Source of the DNA: Campylobacterota bacterium
Lineage (GTDB): Bacteria; Campylobacterota; Campylobacteria; Campylobacterales; Sulfurovaceae
NCBI GenBank assembly: GCA_034659695.1
Contig: JAYEHY010000026.1
Span: forward strand, 1-53,562
DNA length: 53,562 nucleotides
Direction of reading: 5' to 3'
A program made the position numbers and the translations under genes. Shown here one piece after another: positions 48,071 to 53,562 of the stretch (the first letter of the stretch is position 1; each line of letters begins with the position of its first letter). The notes under the pieces are model-generated. The model worked only from the letters and a program-made list of their open reading frames with translations. It made no database searches and was not told the origin of the DNA.

Positions 48071-49177
48071 TTAATACTCCAACAGTTCTTTTATAATATT
48101 TTCACTAGCTTTACCACCACCATACAAATCTAACTTAGAATTTTGGTTCCTTCCAGAATTTTCAATATTAAACACACCATTTGATTTATAAGTTTCTAGT
48201 ATTTTATCTTTATTCGCACCAACTAAAATATTAGTACCACACTCTACAAGCTCTACCCACTCAGTTTCATCTCTTAAAGTGATACATTGTTTTTCAAAAA
48301 AGTATGCCTCTTTTTGAAGCCCTCCACTATCAGTCATCACAAGACTACAGTTATCAATAAGCCAAACCATTTCCAAATACCCAACAGGTTCAATAATAGT
48401 TAAACAAGAACTGTTTATCTCTAACTCTGCTAGTATTTTTTTTGTTCTAGGATGCAAAGGCAAAATCACCTGCTTGGTTTGGGCAATTTCTTCTAAGGCT
48501 TCGAAAATATTTTTAAGTCTGCTTTCATTGTCTGTATTTTCTGCTCTATGAATAGTACATAAAATAAAATCTTCACTTATGTTAAGCTTGGGTTTTTGGG
48601 AAAGACTTTTATAAAACAAAGCCCCATCTTGCATCACATCACCACTTTTTATTATCTTACAATCAAAATTTTCAAAGCCCTCATTTTCTAAATTTTGTAT
48701 GGCTGTATCTGTGGGACAAAAAAGTATATTAGAAATTCTATCTGTTAAAATACGATTTACCTCTTCAGGCATTTGCATATTAAAAGACCTTAATCCTGCT
48801 TCAATATGTGCGAGTTTAATATGTAATTTACTTGCCACTAATGCCCCTGCTAAGGTAGAATTTGTATCCCCATACACAATCACCCAATCAGGCTTTTCTT
48901 TTAGACAAACTTCTTCTATTTTTTCTATCATTTGTCCTGTCATTGCCCCATGAGACTTACCACCTATACCCAAAAAGTAATGTGGTTTAGGAATTTGCAT
49001 CTCCTCAAAAAAAATGTCAGACATATTTGCATCATAATGTTGCCCAGTATGCACAATAATTTCTTCTATCTCTTCATATTTAGCGATTTCTCTACTAAGA
49101 CTTCCTGCTTTAATAAACTGTGGTCTTGCACCTAGTATAGTGAGTATCTTCATATTTTTAATTTCCTTTTTATTCAT
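48071..49177 (-). CDS. wecB: Non-hydrolysing UDP-GlcNAc(-type) 2-epimerase (WecB/WbpI family)
   Basis: GARPQFIK, HTGQHYD, GDTNST, HIEAGLRS, TDSGGLQKEA, LRDETEW. Confidence 0.9.
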   Translation of the reverse strand: MNKKEIKNMKILTILGARPQFIKAGSLSREIAKYEEIEEIIVHTGQHYDANMSDIFFEEMQIPKPHYFLGIGGKSHGAMTGQMIEKIEEVCLKEKPDWVIVYGDTNSTLAGALVASKLHIKLAHIEAGLRSFNMQMPEEVNRILTDRISNILFCPTDTAIQNLENEGFENFDCKIIKSGDVMQDGALFYKSLSQKPKLNISEDFILCTIHRAENTDNESRLKNIFEALEEIAQTKQVILPLHPRTKKILAELEINSSCLTIIEPVGYLEMVWLIDNCSLVMTDSGGLQKEAYFFEKQCITLRDETEWVELVECGTNILVGANKDKILETYKSNGVFNIENSGRNQNSKLDLYGGGKASENIIKELLEY

Positions 49178-49575
49178 TACAAATATTTTTCTACAAACTC
49201 TCTGCTTGATAGAGTTTCAAGCTCCGATTTATAAAACCCTTTATCATTTGTGATAACACAATCACAATCAAAGCTTTTCGCACTCAAATATTGTAAAGTA
49301 TCTTCAAAATCACTATTTTTTATCTCTAAAGCTGTTGAAATCATTTCATTTGATACACCCACTATGCTGAAATTTACATTTATAAGTTGAATAAACTCTT
49401 TTATATCTTTTACTTGTTTTTTTGCTACATAATCAATATTCAAAACAGTTATATCTAAAATTACCCCTGAAAAAATATTTTTTTCAACTGCATTGAATAA
49501 TAAAAGTGCATCACGAAAATGTTCTCTTTTTAAAATCAAATCAAGAAAAATATTAGTATCTATAAATATTTTCAT
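49177..49575 (-). CDS. PIN-domain toxin
   Basis: IFIDTNIFLD, DFEDTLQ, ITNDK acidic PIN motif. Confidence 0.88.
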   Translation of the reverse strand: MKIFIDTNIFLDLILKREHFRDALLLFNAVEKNIFSGVILDITVLNIDYVAKKQVKDIKEFIQLINVNFSIVGVSNEMISTALEIKNSDFEDTLQYLSAKSFDCDCVITNDKGFYKSELETLSSREFVEKYL

Positions 49576-49820
49576 CTAACTATTGCTTTGTATTTTTCAT
49601 CTTCTACTTTAAAATCATTATCTAAAATTCCTATAAACTTATTGAAAGAACCCTCTTCTAAATCTTCCTTTTTTATAGATTGTTTTAAAAGTTTTTCATA
49701 CTCTTTATAAGGCATAATCACAGCCTTTTTTTGATGTGCTTTTTTATCTATTATAAAAACAGTTTGAGTCAAAAGTTTTGTAAACTGAGCTTGTGCTTGT
49801 GAAATTCCTAATTCTAACAT
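49572..49820 (-). CDS. Phd/YefM-like antitoxin
   Basis: GISQAQAQFTKLL..KAVIMPYKEY; overlaps PIN start. Confidence 0.75.
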   Translation of the reverse strand: MLELGISQAQAQFTKLLTQTVFIIDKKAHQKKAVIMPYKEYEKLLKQSIKKEDLEEGSFNKFIGILDNDFKVEDEKYKAIVR

Positions 49821-49884
49821 AACAACTTCCTTTTAATAATATATGTACATAGTAGATTATATATATTTATTCGCATAGTATACC

Positions 49885-49989
49885 TTAAACTAATATATCA
49901 TAAATATTATATAATTTTTTCTCTTCCACATCCCAGTTATACTTTTCAAGAACAGCTTTTTTTCCATTTTGTCCCATTTGTTCAGATTC
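49885..49989 (-). pseudogene. C-terminal remnant of a GT4 glycosyltransferase
   Basis: Manual translation ESEQMGQNGKKAVLEKYNWDVEEKKLYNIY..stop (GT-B terminal helix) with no upstream body. Confidence 0.7.
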
Positions 49990-50107
49990 TTTTGTCTAAA
50001 TCATCAACATCTTCATTTTTATCTTGCCACATACAAAACATATCATCTGATTTTACAAACTCTTCATCTTTTATGGAGATTAATTTTGCTTTTGTAGTAG
50101 CTATCAT
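49982..50107 (-). pseudogene. Short ORF, probable antitoxin remnant
   Basis: MIATTKAKLISIKDEE..MFCMWQDKNEDVDD (41 aa), abutting the GT remnant. Confidence 0.4.
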
Positions 50108-50127
50108 TTTTATACTCTAAGGATATA

Positions 50128-51246
50128 CTATATTTTATTAGTGTTTAATAGTTTCTTATATATCTTTATCATCTGCTTCACATTATCATCCCAATTATAC
50201 AATTTTTTAACTCTTGCTCTTCCGTTATTTCCTATTGTAGCTTGAAGTTCATTATCTAAAATCAGCTTTTCAATAGCATCAGCTGTTTGTTTTGGATTTT
50301 TTGGTTCTACTACAAATCCACTTACCCCATCTTCTACAACTTCTGGTAGTCCGCCTACATTTGAAACAACCACAGGTTTGCCACAAGAAGAAGCTTCGAT
50401 AATAGCAACACCAAAACTTTCACTATTGCTTACACTTACACTTACACTTACACTTAGCATATTATGATATTTTGGTACTTCAATAAAAGGAACCTTTCCT
50501 GTAAATATAGTTTTACTATCTATTTGTAGATCTTCTGTTAGTTGCTTTAATTCTTTATCAAAACTGCCACCACCAACTATCAATAATTTTAGTGGTAAAT
50601 CAACATACTTATCGCTCACTATCTTAAATGCTTTTATAAGATACTCAATACCATACTTTTCTTCTAGTGTTTTAACAGTTCCTATAACTATATCCTCTTT
50701 ATCAAACAACTCTGCTTTAGTATAGATTGGTTTAAATTGTTCCATATCTATCCCAAAAGGTGTAACTTCTATATCTTTATCTGTATATAGTTTTGTCTCT
50801 TTTGCCATAATATGTGAAGTTGATAATATTTTATCTGCTTTTTTTAAATTATATTTCAACATAGCCTTATGTAAAAATGACTTATGTGGAAAACTAAATA
50901 CATCACTCCCCCAAACTGAAAGTATAAAAGGTTTAAAGCCACTCATTGCCCCAAGAAGTCCATAGCTTGTAGCATAGTGACTATGAATGATATCTGGTTG
51001 AAATTCTTTAATTAAACTTTTAATTGTAGGCAATGCTTTTAGATAATTTAATTTAGCAAAACTCCCTTCATCTCTTGTAACTAATTGATTTAATGTTTTA
51101 ACTTCTATATTTTTTATATTAGTATAGTCATCGACTGTAAAATCTCCCAAACCAAATATTATTATTTGTATATTATTTTGAGCTAATGATTTAGCCCATT
51201 TTATTGTGTGTACTGAGTTTGGATCAGATAGTAGTAGTAGTTTCAT
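50128..51246 (-). CDS. GT4 glycosyltransferase
   Basis: HSHYATSYG, SVWGSD, ESFGVAIIEA, SNVGGLPEVV; likely start MKLLLL at 51246. Confidence 0.92.
   Translation of the reverse strand: MKLLLLSDPNSVHTIKWAKSLAQNNIQIIIFGLGDFTVDDYTNIKNIEVKTLNQLVTRDEGSFAKLNYLKALPTIKSLIKEFQPDIIHSHYATSYGLLGAMSGFKPFILSVWGSDVFSFPHKSFLHKAMLKYNLKKADKILSTSHIMAKETKLYTDKDIEVTPFGIDMEQFKPIYTKAELFDKEDIVIGTVKTLEEKYGIEYLIKAFKIVSDKYVDLPLKLLIVGGGSFDKELKQLTEDLQIDSKTIFTGKVPFIEVPKYHNMLSVSVSVSVSNSESFGVAIIEASSCGKPVVVSNVGGLPEVVEDGVSGFVVEPKNPKQTADAIEKLILDNELQATIGNNGRARVKKLYNWDDNVKQMIKIYKKLLNTNKI
50429..50456. repeat. In-frame hexanucleotide tandem repeat
   Basis: (CTTACA)x4.7 encoding SVSVSVSVS. Confidence 0.85.
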
Positions 51247-52331
51247 TTTGTTAAATCCTTTTGAACTTGCAATGCTCTTGCTTTCCATGTGTTTTGTGGA
51301 ATTATTTTTTCTATATTTTTAATCTTTTCATCTATTTGAGATGGATTATTTTGTATATCAATAATCAACTTGTTTAATTGACTTTCATCATAATCAATCA
51401 CCCAACCAATATTATTTTCTTTAACAAACTCACCTACAGCAGTACCTTTTACTGCAATAATAGGCTTTTTATATGAAATATATTCAAATAGTTTTACACC
51501 CATAGCAAATGACCACAATTCATTTGTTTTTACAAAATAGATTGAAACATCACTTTTTATATAAACTTCACTTAAGGCATCACCATTTTTATGATGTATT
51601 TGCATATTTTCCAGATAATTATTATATTTATGATTGTTTATTTCCCATTCCTTCTTTCTTGTGCATAAATTAAAATGTATATTTTCAAAAGAATTAATAA
51701 CTTTAGAGAATATAGTTAAATCATATAGATCACTAATTCCACCTACATATATAAAACTTAAAGTATTATTCTTTTTACTTATTTTATATGATTCTTTTTC
51801 TTCTACTGCAGGTGGTAAAGCTATAATTTCATTTGTAAAATCAAATGGTACATAATCATACATTTGTTTTGATGGTAAATAAAATATATCTACACACTTT
51901 TTATACTGCCCTAAATCAAATTTATAAAAATATTTAGCAAGTCTATATTTTAAAAATAGCATATTATTTTTGTATTCATCAAATACCCAATATATGTCCC
52001 GATAAAACAATCCAACTTTTATATCATTTTCCCTACAAAATTTAAAAAAATTAAAATCTAAAAATGGAGCTACTGGCAGATGGTGTTTTTCTGTTAAAGC
52101 TGTAGGCATTGTAGAGCTTTCACTATATAAAAAATCATATTTCATACCATCTTTTATATTTTGTTTTATTTGTTGTATTTGTTTTTTTCGTTGCTTTACA
52201 TAACCCATAACAATATCAACATCATAACCAATATCTTTAAATGCTTGTATCATTTTTTGTGGTCGTATCTGACTACCACTATGTAGATTGATATCAATCT
52301 GCATTGGTATATGAAATATCATTCTTTTCAA
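51243..52331 (-). CDS. Glycosyltransferase (GT-B)
   Basis: SGSQIRP, FYRDIYW, YVGG, KLFEYISYKKPII, NTWKARA. Confidence 0.82.
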   Translation of the reverse strand: MKRMIFHIPMQIDINLHSGSQIRPQKMIQAFKDIGYDVDIVMGYVKQRKKQIQQIKQNIKDGMKYDFLYSESSTMPTALTEKHHLPVAPFLDFNFFKFCRENDIKVGLFYRDIYWVFDEYKNNMLFLKYRLAKYFYKFDLGQYKKCVDIFYLPSKQMYDYVPFDFTNEIIALPPAVEEKESYKISKKNNTLSFIYVGGISDLYDLTIFSKVINSFENIHFNLCTRKKEWEINNHKYNNYLENMQIHHKNGDALSEVYIKSDVSIYFVKTNELWSFAMGVKLFEYISYKKPIIAVKGTAVGEFVKENNIGWVIDYDESQLNKLIIDIQNNPSQIDEKIKNIEKIIPQNTWKARALQVQKDLTK

Positions 52332-52426
52332 AGTATTTTCCTATAAGTTACACCAGTTACTTAGTTTATTCATATTGTATCCAAAGAGTTATTCTAAAGA
52401 TAAATACTATTAATTATATGTTCTAA

Positions 52427-53562
52427 TTAATTTAAAACATTCTCATAAATATGTTGATACTCTTTCCACTTTGTTGTATTAAAACTACTATTATGCCAAA
52501 GATATACAAAATCTCCATTATATTTTTTTACTTGCGTCATTAAAGATAATATTTTGTCTTGCATAATTCCTGGATTTATATTTGCTTGGTATGTTGCAAA
52601 GCTACCCTCCATGACTATAAGTGGCTTTTCTTTCAAGTTCAATTTTTTTCTTGTAAGTATATTAAACACACTATACTCATAACAGATACCACATCTGAAA
52701 CCTTCTTTATCTGCATAACCGACTGTACTGTCCCAAACCATATTATTATCTTCCCATATTTGCCATGTGGTTGGTATTTCAAACCTTAAGAAATGTTCTC
52801 TACCAAAAGTAATATTACATTTTAGATTTTCTTCTAGCTCTAGTTTTTCTCTATAAAATTGTTCATTTTTATTGTATGCATTGTAGGTAGGGTGTATTCC
52901 TATATGATGACCTCTCGTCTTTATTTTTCTTATTAACCTTTTTACAAAATCATCATGACTTGCATACATATTATCAAATTGAGTCAATCCTTTTCCCATA
53001 AAGAAAAAATATGATTTCGTACTAACACTTTCACTTATATCCATTAGGTAATCAAATGTATCAAATGGATCATTTTGTAAATTTAAATGAGTTTTTATCT
53101 TCTTAAATAAATTATTTAATGCCAATATTAAACTTTTTCTTTTTATAATATCACCAACTATCTCTCGTACCCCACTTAAAATATCAGGATACTTTAGTAT
53201 TTGATCTACATCATGAGTTAAAACCAATTGAAACTCTCTTTTTTTAAAGTCCAAGCTACTATCAAGGTCTAAAAGCATAGTTTTTAACTCTTCTACATAC
53301 TCATTCACTACAGGTCTATCTAAAAAACCTTGTTTAAAAGCTAAACTCTCAGTTGCTGGAAATCTATCATGAGAGTCTCTATTCTTATTGACATACTCTT
53401 CCCATCTAGTGAGCATAAAAAAACAAGCTGCAAATATATCTAATTCTTCTATTCTTTTTGGAATATTTTCAAGTTTTAGGTACTCTAAATCATTTGGATG
53501 GTTGTTAAAAAAGGTGTCTTTTATTATTAATTTTTCTCTATTTACTAGTTCAATTTCATAAT
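52427..53562 (-). CDS. Polysaccharide deacetylase family protein (5' partial)
   Basis: LTHDVD, IGIHP, REHFLR, DSTVGY..GFRCG, LWHN; frame stays open upstream of 53416 to the window edge. Confidence 0.88.
   Translation of the reverse strand, partial: YEIELVNREKLIIKDTFFNNHPNDLEYLKLENIPKRIEELDIFAACFFMLTRWEEYVNKNRDSHDRFPATESLAFKQGFLDRPVVNEYVEELKTMLLDLDSSLDFKKREFQLVLTHDVDQILKYPDILSGVREIVGDIIKRKSLILALNNLFKKIKTHLNLQNDPFDTFDYLMDISESVSTKSYFFFMGKGLTQFDNMYASHDDFVKRLIRKIKTRGHHIGIHPTYNAYNKNEQFYREKLELEENLKCNITFGREHFLRFEIPTTWQIWEDNNMVWDSTVGYADKEGFRCGICYEYSVFNILTRKKLNLKEKPLIVMEGSFATYQANINPGIMQDKILSLMTQVKKYNGDFVYLWHNSSFNTTKWKEYQHIYENVLN

Overview
AT-rich Campylobacterota (Sulfurovum/Sulfurimonas-like) chromosomal segment. 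Positions 1-8260 form a defence island just 3' of tRNA-Ser(TGA). It holds a type I RM operon (half-hsdS, hsdM, rhuM, hsdS, start of hsdR) with a Thoeris-like TIR / membrane protein / TIR cassette and an orphan HipA-like kinase nested between hsdS and hsdR. It also holds a ~520-nt ORF-poor region (7637-8160) that folds by eye into an ornate multi-junction structure, a candidate large ncRNA and the top novelty here. Core genome follows: a Gly-Leu-Cys-Ser tRNA cluster, ilvD, a LysM-NlpC/P60 enzyme, a GMC oxidoreductase pair and an FTR-rhodanese fusion. Next come thrS-infC and rpmI-rplT, split by a disrupted MutS7-type (MutS-HNH) gene, with a tRNA-Thr anticodon-like hairpin before thrS. After that are a GGDEF protein, tRNA-Val, dapF, coaE, an L,D-transpeptidase, a Bat/MoxR operon, a lone CI-like repressor, moeA/moaE/moaD, mqnA, an IS481 remnant, gltX and comEA. 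The window ends in an N-glycosylation locus (pglF, pglE, pglB, pglC) where ATP-grasp + HAD genes occupy the position next to pglC (Neisseria pglB2/ORF8-like), together with glycosyltransferases, a PIN TA pair and deletion scars. All calls come from reading motifs by eye; no searches or folding programs were run.
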